A stretch of DNA of 64,000 nt, from positions 1 through 64,000 of IMG/VR virus record IMGVR_UViG_3300025280_000024. One strand, given 5' to 3'. Position 1 is the stretch's first letter; each line of letters opens with the position of its first letter. Shown here one piece after another: positions 7,435-16,696 of the stretch. This DNA is from a virus. The notes beneath the pieces were generated by a model that saw only the letters and a program-made list of their open reading frames with translations, was not told where the DNA came from and did not search any database. The position numbers and the translations under genes are program-made.

Positions 7435-7627
7435 AATTTTAGAAATTGTTGAAAACGAAGATGGCACAGCAGAAGTCAGCCTCGATATCTCGGACGAATT
7501 CCAGGCTTGGTTCAAAAAGAGCCAGGATTTGCAGCGTTGGAGCCCAAAACGATTTGAAAAATGGTTTATCGAGGCATTGACAAAAGGGTTAATGTTGGTA
7601 AACGAAGAGAGCGATGAGAACGACTAA
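7418..7627 (+). CDS. hypothetical protein
   Basis: SD AAGGAGG; contains IVENEDGTA. Confidence 0.65.
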   Translation: MSEPIKILEIVENEDGTAEVSLDISDEFQAWFKKSQDLQRWSPKRFEKWFIEALTKGLMLVNEESDEND

Positions 7628-7674
7628 CCTTAGAGCTTATAAGCGTTAAAGAAGAAAAATCTGTTATGAATTAT

Positions 7675-7746
7675 GCTTCCGTGGTGAAAGGGAAATCACA
7701 AGGGCCTTCTAAGCCCTTATTCCAGGTTCGAATCCTGGCGGAAGTG
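7675..7746 (+). tRNA. tRNA-Arg(UCU)
   Basis: GCTTCCG/CGGAAGT acceptor, AGGGC-CT-TCT-AA-GCCCT anticodon arm, CCAGG-TTCGAAT-CCTGG T arm. Confidence 0.93.
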
Positions 7747-7755
7747 CTTTTTTAC

Positions 7756-7784
7756 TTGACAAAATAGATGACATATGATATTAT
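7756..7784 (+). promoter_or_regulatory. sigma70-type promoter
   Basis: TTGACA-17 bp-TATTAT with TG extension. Confidence 0.7.
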
Positions 7785-7814
7785 ATATATACAATCACAA
7801 CAACGGAGGAAATA

Positions 7815-8285
7815 GTGGGACTGATTGAAAAACTACAAGAAGCAAACTTAAGCAGCAGCACCAGAATCAAGTTGCGTTCGGAATATGGCGAAGATGTTGT
7901 CCATGCATGGGATAACTATGAATACGACGTCATTGAACATTCAGATTTAGTGGCTGAATTGACAGCATTGGCCTTACACCCATCCAATAAGAACACTTAT
8001 ATCCTTAATGACTTGCGTCATGACGGGCTCCTGGACGACTACGAGCGAGGCCTGTGGGAATTCGAGGAATACGTTCACGATGTCATATATGAGGAATGCA
8101 GCAACTATGGATGGATCGAGACAGAAACAGAGCAGTATGACCACAAGCGTGGATTCTGCACAGCTTACGTTGAATATGACACAACTGTTGGCAATCTGTT
8201 AAAAAACCTGAGTGATCACGATTGGAATGGTTGGTCTGGACAAGTCGACACCAACCTCGGATCCCTCAAGATCGACAACTACTAA
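7815..8285 (+). CDS. hypothetical acidic protein
   Basis: SD GGAGG; GTG start; 156 aa. Confidence 0.7.
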   Translation: MGLIEKLQEANLSSSTRIKLRSEYGEDVVHAWDNYEYDVIEHSDLVAELTALALHPSNKNTYILNDLRHDGLLDDYERGLWEFEEYVHDVIYEECSNYGWIETETEQYDHKRGFCTAYVEYDTTVGNLLKNLSDHDWNGWSGQVDTNLGSLKIDNY

Positions 8286-8298
8286 ACACGGAGAAACT

Positions 8299-8550
8299 AT
8301 GAGCAACAAATCAACCACAAAAGAACAACGAATCGAAAATCTAATCAAAGCTTTCCATGAAAATGAACTCGCAATGAAACCGTTTAAGGAATTCCGCTCA
8401 GATCTAAAAAAGAGCTACGTCGAAAACAACTGGCTCTCAAAGTCAGAAGTTTCGGCCGCGATTAAAGTATATCGCTTCCTTAAAAGTGATGCTGATTATG
8501 ATCAGTTTCACAGCATCTACATCGAAATGGAAAAGAAGTTTGGACAATAG
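8299..8550 (+). CDS. small helical protein, possibly DsbA/GapR-like dsDNA-binding
   Basis: SD GGAG before ATG 8299. The helix pattern LIKAF..NE..MK.FKE..SDLKK only loosely resembles that family. Confidence 0.45.
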   Translation: MSNKSTTKEQRIENLIKAFHENELAMKPFKEFRSDLKKSYVENNWLSKSEVSAAIKVYRFLKSDADYDQFHSIYIEMEKKFGQ

Positions 8551-8908
8551 AAGAAACATATTTGTTTATGGAACACTGCGTAAAGGCGAATACAACAATT
8601 GTCTTTTAAAAGGTGCTACGTTCAAGGGAACTTTTAACACCTTGCCAAGATACGAATTGAGGAACTTTGGTGTATTTCCAGGCTTAATGCTGAATGGTTC
8701 AACTTCTGTAAAAGGCGAAGTTTACGAAGTCGATGATGAAACGTTGGATTACCTAGACTATCATGAAGGGCATCCAACGTTTTATTGTCGCTCGTCAATT
8801 AAATTAAAGGATCACTCTGACAACGTAGAAGCTTATATAATAAACAAACACTCTAAATATAACAAAGAACTACCGATCATCCACAGTGGAGATTGGAAAG
8901 AGAGATAA
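8486..8908 (+). CDS. gamma-glutamylcyclotransferase (GGCT/AIG2-like); true start probably near 8540
   Basis: IFVYGTLRKG, VKGEVYEV, LDYHEG and HSGDW motifs. Confidence 0.88.
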   Translation: MMLIMISFTASTSKWKRSLDNRRNIFVYGTLRKGEYNNCLLKGATFKGTFNTLPRYELRNFGVFPGLMLNGSTSVKGEVYEVDDETLDYLDYHEGHPTFYCRSSIKLKDHSDNVEAYIINKHSKYNKELPIIHSGDWKER

Positions 8909-8923
8909 TTCATAATAAACTAC

Positions 8924-9142
8924 ATGAAACAAGAAGAATCATCACCATGTGTAATTTGTTATGGAACGGGCCAACAGGCTCTGTTTACATCAGTTGTTTT
9001 GTGTCAATATTGTGATGGTCTGGGTTGGGAACTCTCAACAAGTTATAAGACTTTTTTTGAACATATGAGCAAGCACCAACCCGATTTATTGCTGTCTATT
9101 TCTAAATACTACCTCAACAAGTTAAAAAAGGCAGCAGAATGA
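8924..9142 (+). CDS. small zinc-finger protein (DnaJ-type CxxCxGxG x2)
   Basis: CVICYGTG and CQYCDGLG. Confidence 0.65.
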   Translation: MKQEESSPCVICYGTGQQALFTSVVLCQYCDGLGWELSTSYKTFFEHMSKHQPDLLLSISKYYLNKLKKAAE

Positions 9143-9357
9143 GGGGTTACGTCGTGAGTAAACGAGGCACCTTTGGGGTGGTCCAACGAGAATACCGCAC
9201 AGAGTCGGGGGTCGATATGGTCATAATCCGCTGGGGTCCGCTGGGGTGGATCACGCCGGTTAAGAAAAAAGACTGCAAGCCCCTAGCGTCTCGATATGAG
9301 GCAAAAGCTCTCAAAGAGGCAGAGGAATGGCTTAGGGCATTGGAGGAAGCAGAATGA
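9139..9357 (+). CDS. SH3-like hypothetical protein, elevated GC
   Basis: GTFGVV...VIIRW; ends EEAE*. Confidence 0.6.
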   Translation: MRGYVVSKRGTFGVVQREYRTESGVDMVIIRWGPLGWITPVKKKDCKPLASRYEAKALKEAEEWLRALEEAE

Positions 9358-9794
9358 GTGATCGAACAGAGCCGTACTCCATCTGGGTCCTGCTCAACTG
9401 GGACGAGCGGTCCGGCCAAGCGATGCTGTCCGAGAGCCCGAGCAAGGGGCGGCGGATGGGAGACTACGAACGGTCCGCAATCCACTACGAGGCGCAGGCT
9501 GTAGACGGGCACGGCGATAGCTGCCGGTGCCTACCGTGCAGGAACCAGGGGCACGCCCAGGCCTACCGCAAGCTCATCGAGCTTGAGATGGCGGGCACGC
9601 CCATCCTGCATCCTGCCGCATGGAAGGAGGGAGGCAGCAGACCAGTGAAGGATCTAGTCGCGTACCGGGAGGCACTGACGGCGATTCGAGTCGAGGCGAC
9701 CGGAGCCTGGGATGCCTGTCACCCCGTGCTAGAGAAAATCCGAGACATCTGCACGGCTGCTCTGGCTCACTTGAGCGAGGAGGAAGCAGAATGA
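9342..9794 (+). repeat. exact 16-bp direct repeat GGAGGAAGCAGAATGA flanking a GC-rich gene
   Basis: Copies at 9342-9357 and 9779-9794; partial copy GCAGAATGA at 9134-9142. Confidence 0.9.
9354..9794 (+). CDS. GC-rich hypothetical protein (likely recently acquired)
   Basis: 146 aa with GC3-rich codons and a H..SCRCLPC motif; ends EEEAE*. Confidence 0.65.
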   Translation: MSDRTEPYSIWVLLNWDERSGQAMLSESPSKGRRMGDYERSAIHYEAQAVDGHGDSCRCLPCRNQGHAQAYRKLIELEMAGTPILHPAAWKEGGSRPVKDLVAYREALTAIRVEATGAWDACHPVLEKIRDICTAALAHLSEEEAE

Positions 9795-9997
9795 AAGTAG
9801 GCACACTACTCAAAAGCTTAGACTACGATGATGTAGGGGTCGTATATAAGACCACTCGAAGCCAAATATTTATACATTGGGGTAAATCCAATAAAAAAGA
9901 GTCAATATATATTATGGATCTCAACAAGTGGATTATCGGTGGATATTTAAAAGTGATAGAAACAAGAAGGACGGATCATGAACAAAGCACAGATTAA
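9791..9997 (+). CDS. MKVGTL KOW/SH3-like protein
   Basis: ATGA coupling within the repeat; DVGVVY...FIHW...LKVI. Confidence 0.7.
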   Translation: MKVGTLLKSLDYDDVGVVYKTTRSQIFIHWGKSNKKESIYIMDLNKWIIGGYLKVIETRRTDHEQSTD

Positions 9998-10175
9998 CAA
10001 GCGAGCAAAGAGAAAACTTCTTTCAAAACAAAAAAGAAAGCAGCGAAACATTCAAAACGTCAAAAGGAAAAAAGCAGAATCTCACAGAAGAGAAAAGCTT
10101 ATGCAGTTTTTCACTAATTTGTCCAAGACAAAACAGAAAGAAATGCTAAAAAACATTAACAAAGAAGAAGAATAG
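9978..10175 (+). CDS. highly basic small protein
   Basis: 65 aa, Lys/Arg-rich. Confidence 0.55.
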   Translation: MNKAQINKRAKRKLLSKQKRKQRNIQNVKRKKAESHRREKLMQFFTNLSKTKQKEMLKNINKEEE

Positions 10176-10198
10176 CATATAAAATTCTAATTACTTAT

Positions 10199-10420
10199 AT
10201 GAAGGCACCGATCATAAATACAGGAGATTTAATCCAGTACTCCAAAGGAGGGTTTGGTATAATTACCAGAGTTAATAAAAAAGACAATCTTTATACTATT
10301 ATCTGGACATCTCAAGAACGTGGCGTCGGGCGAAACCTAATCTATGACAAAAATATAGTGGACCACCTTATAAAAAAAGGTGATTGGAAGCATCTTTTAA
10401 ACAAAGGAAAAACACAATGA
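10199..10420 (+). CDS. KOW/SH3-like protein
   Basis: TGDLIQY..GFGIITRV...IIW; preceded by CTAATTA. Confidence 0.65.
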   Translation: MKAPIINTGDLIQYSKGGFGIITRVNKKDNLYTIIWTSQERGVGRNLIYDKNIVDHLIKKGDWKHLLNKGKTQ

Positions 10421-10665
10421 ATAGACCTTCTGGAAGCATTAGTCACGAAACAGATATGGGTTTAATGGATATGATAGATTTGGTCAGCACTCAAAAAGAT
10501 ATCATAACATTGCTACGGCGATACGAAGGGCACCAAATGACAGTGACAGAAGAAATCAGTTTTTTTCAATATCTTGTTGATGCCGGCCTTGTTTGGGCTA
10601 TGCCATCCAAATACGTTTCAGTAGCAAAAGAGATGCTTAAAAAAAGATTTATTTATCTCAATTAA
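10417..10665 (+). CDS. hypothetical protein
   Basis: ATGA coupling after AAGGA; contains FFQYLVDAGLVW. Confidence 0.6.
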   Translation: MNRPSGSISHETDMGLMDMIDLVSTQKDIITLLRRYEGHQMTVTEEISFFQYLVDAGLVWAMPSKYVSVAKEMLKKRFIYLN

Positions 10666-10668
10666 CCC

Positions 10669-10697
10669 TTGACAAGTATAACTACCTGTGATATCAT
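10669..10697 (+). promoter_or_regulatory. sigma70-type promoter
   Basis: TTGACA-17 bp-TATCAT with TG extension; ATG 6 nt downstream. Confidence 0.7.
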
Positions 10698-10703
10698 TAT
10701 AGA

Positions 10704-11291
10704 ATGAAAGAAAAAATCAACCAACTTACAAAAATAGTAAACCACCTGACTGCAGTGGAACTAGCATTTTTCAACTCAGTCAAATGTAAAACTTCCTTTT
10801 CTCCTCCGCAAACAACAACGATCAACCATCTTTACAGCAAATATTGTGAAGATGGGTGGAGAACAAACTATGATGATAGAAAGCGAAGAATTATGAAGAG
10901 TTGTGCTGAGTTTTGGGTAAACAATCCCCCAAAGCTCAGTGAGTTGGCTGCTCAAGTGCTGAATAATCCCGACTTTGTCCCAACCAAAGATCAATACAAA
11001 GAAATGTGCGAGAGCAAAGAAGCTCGCAACTTTCTCAATCCCGAGGGAGCCAAACCGTTGTATCCTGCCGGGAGCTTAGTTAAAGTTTCGCGCATATCTT
11101 CAGGTCCTGGTCAATGGGGCGAGGCCTTCATAGGAAAATTTGGAGTCGTCATTCGAGTACGAAAGAACGAACAGGTTTACCCAAGTCACAATTCCGATTT
11201 TTTATATCATGTCTTATTGCAAGGATCAACGGGAATGATAATGTTCCCAGAAAGAGACATAAAATTAATTGAGGTTCAAAATGAGAGTTAA
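10704..11291 (+). CDS. hypothetical protein with a C-terminal KOW/SH3-like domain
   Basis: YPAGSLVKV...GKFGVVIRV...YHVLL...ERDIKLI. Confidence 0.65.
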   Translation: MKEKINQLTKIVNHLTAVELAFFNSVKCKTSFSPPQTTTINHLYSKYCEDGWRTNYDDRKRRIMKSCAEFWVNNPPKLSELAAQVLNNPDFVPTKDQYKEMCESKEARNFLNPEGAKPLYPAGSLVKVSRISSGPGQWGEAFIGKFGVVIRVRKNEQVYPSHNSDFLYHVLLQGSTGMIMFPERDIKLIEVQNES

Positions 11292-11613
11292 TATTACATA
11301 TTCAGTTGAAATGGACAAAATTCCGGAGAAAGTTTCCGACTTTCTTTTAAATGCTGCCGTTAAATCTTCTGAATTAGTTCGTGATTTAAACGAAATGGTG
11401 GTTGACATGTGCAATGACTTTTCAATTGAAAAACATTTAGAACGTATGGATAAAATACGTCTTGAACTTGCCGGCATAGACCATACAATGTTAGATTGTT
11501 CTGAAATATTACACGGATATCAAAAAGCTTTGGTTCAACTAAGAGAACCACAAATATCAACAGAGGAAAATCACCATGACGAAACAAGAAATGAAAAAGC
11601 TGAAGGGGGGTGA
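11281..11613 (+). CDS. hypothetical coiled-coil protein (MRVNITYSVE...)
   Basis: SD GAGG before ATG 11281. Confidence 0.65.
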   Translation: MRVNITYSVEMDKIPEKVSDFLLNAAVKSSELVRDLNEMVVDMCNDFSIEKHLERMDKIRLELAGIDHTMLDCSEILHGYQKALVQLREPQISTEENHHDETRNEKAEGG

Positions 11614-11815
11614 TTTAATTTATTTGCCATCTGCGGTAACACTGTATAAATTTAACAAGGAAAACCCCTGTGTACATCAGGCAACCACAACACTTAAGCC
11701 AGTGACAACGGCATTTGTCAACCGATATAATAATCTTTGTGGTGTTCTATATAATGGAGAAATTTGGAGTGTTAACTCTCAAAATATATTTTTAGTAGGG
11801 GAACAACATGATTAA
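11576..11815 (+). CDS. SH3-like hypothetical protein
   Basis: GGDLIYLP...VLYNGEIWSV. Confidence 0.55.
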   Translation: MTKQEMKKLKGGDLIYLPSAVTLYKFNKENPCVHQATTTLKPVTTAFVNRYNNLCGVLYNGEIWSVNSQNIFLVGEQHD

Positions 11816-12104
11816 ATTGATTGAAGTATATAGAGAGAAAGGGTTTGGTGGAAGTAGTGGGTTTAAGATGAGAGAAGTATATATAAATCCCAGCCACGTC
11901 ATCTGTATGTATGATGACCTTTCAATGAAAAAGGGTCTTCTTGAGGGGTTGTTACCACAAGACCTCGACAAACGACAACTATTCACCAAGTTGCGTCTTA
12001 ATCAAGGTCAATCCTTGCACCAAATCACTGTTGTCGGCAGCACCAATATCATTAGCGAGAAACTGGGTCGGCGCGCCGACAAACGACAAATACTGCACGA
12101 TTAG
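11808..12104 (+). CDS. hypothetical protein (weakly FlbD-like)
   Basis: MIKL...EVYINPSHV...TKLRL...ITVVGS pattern. Confidence 0.5.
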   Translation: MIKLIEVYREKGFGGSSGFKMREVYINPSHVICMYDDLSMKKGLLEGLLPQDLDKRQLFTKLRLNQGQSLHQITVVGSTNIISEKLGRRADKRQILHD

Positions 12105-12149
12105 AGGCACCAACGAAGGTTTTACCAATCTGCCCGCCTAGTTACTTAT

Positions 12150-12533
12150 GTGAGCGATTCGAAGCATACATATAATGCTCCCAATATAACACAAGATCTA
12201 GAAGCCCAAGAAGACTCTTGGGAACAACACGATAACTTAAGCGAAAATCAAAAGCTTTTTCTAGAAGCCTCAAAAGAAACATCAAATAAAATTACACGCG
12301 TTGTGAGTCAACAAAAAATACACTTTGAACAACAGTTACGTCGACAAAAAAACAACACCAAAGGTTTAGTTATCCCTTATTTAGAACCCCACGTTCCAGA
12401 AATAGAAATTAATAAATTAGACTCTGGCGGCTTTGAAGTTAAAGTCACAATCTCTGGCGATGGAGACACTACATCTTCGGCAATCAGAGATTTGATGTTA
12501 ACAACGTTCAAAGTGTTGGAAAAATTGATATGA
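12150..12533 (+). CDS. hypothetical protein
   Basis: 127 aa; preceded by CTAGTTA. Confidence 0.55.
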   Translation: MSDSKHTYNAPNITQDLEAQEDSWEQHDNLSENQKLFLEASKETSNKITRVVSQQKIHFEQQLRRQKNNTKGLVIPYLEPHVPEIEINKLDSGGFEVKVTISGDGDTTSSAIRDLMLTTFKVLEKLI

Positions 12534-12739
12534 AAGATGATATCACGTTTAGTAAAATATTATTTTTCATCGTGGCAATAACAGCGTTGCTTTTTATTAT
12601 GTTTGGTTTAAAATGTGATAATAAGAATACAGAACAACTCTTAGATATAAAACCAGTGAGTCAACCAACAATAGAAGGAACTGGAACTTCACCACGGTAT
12701 TGTCGCGAACCTGTCTGTGATCCACTAACTGATAACTGA
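12530..12739 (+). CDS. small membrane-anchored protein
   Basis: N-terminal TM segment ILFFIVAITALLFIMF. Confidence 0.55.
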   Translation: MKDDITFSKILFFIVAITALLFIMFGLKCDNKNTEQLLDIKPVSQPTIEGTGTSPRYCREPVCDPLTDN

Positions 12740-12856
12740 AGCAAGAATAATGAAAACATCCAATGTATCTACTGGAACAAAGCGTTCAGGTTCGACAAAA
12801 CCACCATTTAGAATTTCAAAAAAATTAATCAAATACTTTTTAATGATATGAATCAT
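12725..12856 (-). CDS. 43-aa hypothetical protein (not in ORF track)
   Basis: SD GGAGG; MIHIIKKYL...VIS*. CTATTTA motif upstream at 12885-12891. Confidence 0.45.
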   Translation of the reverse strand: MIHIIKKYLINFFEILNGGFVEPERFVPVDTLDVFIILASVIS

Positions 12857-12920
12857 GATTTTCCTCCCTTGGAAAATATCTTAATAAATAGGTAGTTAAA
12901 AGCAATTTGATTAATTTTTA

Positions 12921-13655
12921 TTATAGTCTCCAACCCGCAGGCAAGGGGCTGAATATATTTAGTCCTTCCGTGACTTCTATTCCAAACGGAGTTCTGCCGG
13001 CTAACATACTATGAAAATATCCAACATATTCTCCCGTAGAGAGAAATACTCCCCCGCCCGATGATCCAAACCAAGCATCGGAATCTGTGAAAACACGAGT
13101 CCTTTCATCGTTGGCGAAGCCAGACACAATACCTTCCGTAAGAATGGCCGGCGCACCTGTTGGGCAGCCAACGACAAAAAGTTCTTCTCCGATTCTAAAA
13201 TCATGAGAAGGCAGTACTTCTTCTGCTGGTTGCGCGCCTCTAGGCCAATAGCTTAATGGAACCAAAGCAGCGTCCATTCCTGGATTCACTCGCGGCAGGC
13301 CGTTGAACTTTTCTCCCAAAACAATATTAACACAATCTTCTTGTCTAGTATATACATTAATATGACAAGCGGTTTGTTTACTCGTCCGGTTTTCTTGAAT
13401 CATGCGTGCAACTACATGAAAAGCTGTCATCATATAAGGTACGCCATCAACATCTACAAGAACCCCAGATCCAATAATTGGTCCGCCCTCGTTAAGCCTG
13501 ACTGCCAATAAAGAAAGCATAATTTTTTCTCCAACGGCAATATTGTCTGATGTTTCGCGAACTGTTTCTGGTGTTATAATGACTGAAGTGCTGGTGCAAC
13601 AGAGTGTTGCGAGAACAAGAAATAATAAAAGAACTGTATGTTTTAATTTAGGCAT
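12921..13655 (-). CDS. trypsin-like serine protease with signal/lipoprotein leader
   Basis: GSGVLV, TAFHV (His), DAALV (Asp) and GSSGG (Ser) motifs. Confidence 0.88.
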   Translation of the reverse strand: MPKLKHTVLLLFLVLATLCCTSTSVIITPETVRETSDNIAVGEKIMLSLLAVRLNEGGPIIGSGVLVDVDGVPYMMTAFHVVARMIQENRTSKQTACHINVYTRQEDCVNIVLGEKFNGLPRVNPGMDAALVPLSYWPRGAQPAEEVLPSHDFRIGEELFVVGCPTGAPAILTEGIVSGFANDERTRVFTDSDAWFGSSGGGVFLSTGEYVGYFHSMLAGRTPFGIEVTEGLNIFSPLPAGWRL

Positions 13656-13694
13656 TTGTTTTCTCCCTCTAAGTGTAACTAGAGAGAAAATTAA

Positions 13695-13883
13695 TCAAGG
13701 GCTCTTTTTTAATTTTTCTCCTTTTTGAGAAATTATTAATTCGCCATTTTTTGAAATAGTGTAGTGACAAGCATTATACAACATTGAAGTCACTAAATCA
13801 TGACGACCTTTGTTGCCGGCTAAATATTCAATGATAGCTTCTTCTAGCTCTTCAGAACTTAAACTGTGAAAGATATTATGCAT
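13695..13883 (-). CDS. hypothetical protein
   Basis: SD AGAGGAG; promoter TTAACA-17-TATACT at 13909-13937. Confidence 0.55.
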   Translation of the reverse strand: MHNIFHSLSSEELEEAIIEYLAGNKGRHDLVTSMLYNACHYTISKNGELIISQKGEKLKKSP

Positions 13884-13926
13884 CTAGGCTCTCCTCTTTA
13901 ACTTAACGAGTATAACAAATTTTTTT

Positions 13927-16032
13927 TTATTTGTTAACTTTTTCTCCAAGAGGTGGAGCTGACTTTGATCTTTTATAAGAAGGTTTGTTTTTATAGGAGC
14001 CGGCTGTATGCTTACCTTTTCCTTTTCCAATTAATCTTATCTTCATTCTCTTGTGTTTTGCTTTAACTTTTCTTTGGAAAGGTTCTGTTTGTTCTTCGAT
14101 TTCTTTTGGTTCATCGAGTTGCGGCCGCTGTGGGGTGCGTCGTTGAAGATCATCATATTCTTCTTGGGATACAAGCTCGTAACGGCTTGGTTTCTTCTCT
14201 TCTTCCTCTTCTTCATCATCACCAAATATGCCGGCAGTTGTGAAAGCTGCTATCACATTGTCGCTAGCTTTGATCATATTCGGTAGATCGTGCAGCAAAT
14301 CTTCTCCAAACTCTCTGAATCCATCCGGATCGAGTTTGTATCCTTCGGTCAGAATATCTATCCTTGCTTCTACTGATCCTCCAGCGCGATGGAGGAAATC
14401 GCGATCTGGAACGATTTGTGCAGTCAGTATTTCGATCGCAGAGATATGCTTCTCGAATATATCGTGTATTTCATCATCCAAGTTCCTATAGCCCATTATG
14501 GTCCCGAACAGGTTATCTTCTATTGTTTTCTTTCCCTTCTTTGTCATCGATGAATTAGAAAAGACCATTTTAAAAGTAGCATAAAAATGCAATGGGGTGG
14601 CCTTGTCCCAGTGGCGTGTACTTATCCTTTGATCAACTTGCAAGTAGGCGCCCGGGGGAATCGTCTCCCATGGCGTGGATGGAGTCATCCACCTATGTTG
14701 TGGTGGGATCCTCTTTATAATGTCATCATAAATTTCTTGGCTAGCAGCTTTCCATTCCTTTAATGGGCGACCATACCAAACTGAAGGTTCAATAATCTTT
14801 CCTTGATCATTTTTGTATGCAGCGCGATACTTGTATAACTTTTTCGGATTGAACATGTTGTTGAACAGTTCGCTGTCTGGGCTATCTTCATAAGATCCAC
14901 CCATACGAATAAAGTCAGTTATTTCTGGACGGTTTCTTATCTCATCTTTTCCAAATACAAGTTCTCTCTGTTCTTCGGCGGCCCAGTCAGTTAAAAACCC
15001 CATAAAACCAGGCATACGATCAAAACCATATTCTGTCTTATCTGGAAGAGCCAAGTCATAGTTGTCGACCTTGTTGAAATATCTTCTCAATCTTTTTCTC
15101 GCGACTGGTTGAACTCGGGCACCCTTTAGTCCAGTCGCCGTAGGTCTTTGCTCATCCATAAAAATCTCATCAGCATCTATATCAATCCCTTCCAATTCTT
15201 TTGTCTTTACAACATAAGCAATCATACCAAAGTCCTCTGCTTCGGCTGTAGCACAATGGCCATGAGTGGAATTTAAAGAATGACAAGACGTAATACCTAG
15301 GTGATCACTCATACGGTATATGTCAACTGGATGCCTGGAAATAACTGTAGAATATTTCTCCGTTGCTTTCGCGACCGTGAAAACGTTTTTCTTGTTGTTG
15401 TATTCTCCTGCATTGTTGTTCCAAGCTTCTATGACCTCGGGTCTATCTTTGAATTCTTGGGCAAGAACTTTTCCTAACTTTATCTTGCGAACGCCCCTTT
15501 TTTTGTGTCTCACTAATTGATCGGTAGCTTCGGCATATGCCTTTGCTTCTGGATTGTCTAGGTTTTCTTTGGCCCATGAATCTAACCTGTTTGGCGGGCC
15601 AGAGCCCTTGAAGGACGGAGCAGCTGCGGCCTCTGCATCATCCATGGTTCTTATATATACCTGATACAGTTTAGCATCGCGTTCAATCCAAGAGTCTTTG
15701 TCCTTTTTCTTTATAACCATCCAAGCAGGAGAAACCTGCTTTGCCGACGTGGCATGCCACCCCAAGCCCACGCGCGGTGATGGGGGTATGGGCGACACAT
15801 ATTCCAGTTCGTGCCCCAACTCTTCCATCTTCGCAGCGATATCCCTCAAGTACCCATATTCTTTTGGAGCATATGGGATAACCATTCTCCATTTACCTTT
15901 AAAAATATTATCAAATGGCGCTTCAGATGGTTTTATTCTGGAAAGTCGATCAAGAAAGCGATCAACATCCTCTTGCCGCGCTTCTCCAATCAGAAATTTA
16001 TTCCATTTTCTTGTTGAGAAGTTCATTAACAT
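13927..16032 (-). CDS. large hypothetical protein (possible virion/internal protein)
   Basis: 701 aa; N-terminal WNKFLIGE, an acidic stretch and a basic C-terminal tail. Confidence 0.75.
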   Translation of the reverse strand: MLMNFSTRKWNKFLIGEARQEDVDRFLDRLSRIKPSEAPFDNIFKGKWRMVIPYAPKEYGYLRDIAAKMEELGHELEYVSPIPPSPRVGLGWHATSAKQVSPAWMVIKKKDKDSWIERDAKLYQVYIRTMDDAEAAAAPSFKGSGPPNRLDSWAKENLDNPEAKAYAEATDQLVRHKKRGVRKIKLGKVLAQEFKDRPEVIEAWNNNAGEYNNKKNVFTVAKATEKYSTVISRHPVDIYRMSDHLGITSCHSLNSTHGHCATAEAEDFGMIAYVVKTKELEGIDIDADEIFMDEQRPTATGLKGARVQPVARKRLRRYFNKVDNYDLALPDKTEYGFDRMPGFMGFLTDWAAEEQRELVFGKDEIRNRPEITDFIRMGGSYEDSPDSELFNNMFNPKKLYKYRAAYKNDQGKIIEPSVWYGRPLKEWKAASQEIYDDIIKRIPPQHRWMTPSTPWETIPPGAYLQVDQRISTRHWDKATPLHFYATFKMVFSNSSMTKKGKKTIEDNLFGTIMGYRNLDDEIHDIFEKHISAIEILTAQIVPDRDFLHRAGGSVEARIDILTEGYKLDPDGFREFGEDLLHDLPNMIKASDNVIAAFTTAGIFGDDEEEEEEKKPSRYELVSQEEYDDLQRRTPQRPQLDEPKEIEEQTEPFQRKVKAKHKRMKIRLIGKGKGKHTAGSYKNKPSYKRSKSAPPLGEKVNK

Positions 16033-16271
16033 TTCTCCTTTGGATCATAGTTCCAATATTGATAATCTGTGTCTGGGTCGACGGTGCTCGGTTGGTTATA
16101 GTCGATGTTAGTTGGTTTAGCAGTGTTCTCATATTCATCACCAAAAAATATCATATTTAAGATATCATCGATGTGTTCTACATCCAGGAGTATCTGCATT
16201 TCGTTTAAGTTTTTCCAAGCTTCATTAGCTGTTAGTTTTCCCTCTTGATACTCTACACAAATTATACACAT
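16026..16271 (-). CDS. hypothetical protein (MCIICVE...)
   Basis: SD GGAG before the ATG; CxxC motif. Confidence 0.6.
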   Translation of the reverse strand: MCIICVEYQEGKLTANEAWKNLNEMQILLDVEHIDDILNMIFFGDEYENTAKPTNIDYNQPSTVDPDTDYQYWNYDPKEKC

Positions 16272-16272
16272 A

Positions 16273-16611
16273 TTATTTCTCCAACAGTTTCGGCGTTCCA
16301 ATTATTGAAAAAGACACCAACCCATAAGTTTGAAGCTTACGAAAACTTGTTTCAAGATTCCATATGAAATTTTTAATAGGCGTTCCATATGGAACAAACT
16401 TAATTCTATAAGTTATCTTTTCAAATGTTCCAAATTCTTTTTTAGTTCCTGCTTTGGCACTCACAATTGCAACACCTTTAATTGCGCGTATATCTGTTTT
16501 GATCTGCTCAAAGTTGGCATCTTGTCTAATTTTCATACGATAAAAGACTTCATATATTTGTCGAGTTACCCTTACTTCGTTTAGGTTTCTTTTCCGAATC
16601 ATTATTTTCAT
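16273..16611 (-). CDS. hypothetical protein
   Basis: 112 aa, downstream of the late motif at 16650-16657. Confidence 0.65.
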   Translation of the reverse strand: MKIMIRKRNLNEVRVTRQIYEVFYRMKIRQDANFEQIKTDIRAIKGVAIVSAKAGTKKEFGTFEKITYRIKFVPYGTPIKNFIWNLETSFRKLQTYGLVSFSIIGTPKLLEK

Positions 16612-16668
16612 GCAGGCAGTCCTTGACTCATCTCATACAAGTCCAAATATAAATAGTTTGTTAAAAAC

Positions 16669-16696
16669 AAAAGGGCCGGCAAATGCCGGCCCTTTT
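16669..16696 (-). terminator. intrinsic (possibly bidirectional) terminator after hsp20
   Basis: AAAAGGGCCGGCA-AA-TGCCGGCCCTTTT hairpin. Confidence 0.85.

Noticed and set aside
9620-9790. 5' extensions given in the ORF track (e.g. starts at 410, 6248, 8212, 9620, 37875, 50292, 56011, 58142)
   Set aside because: They overlap upstream genes or terminators. Downstream starts have an SD or translational coupling and match family N-termini.
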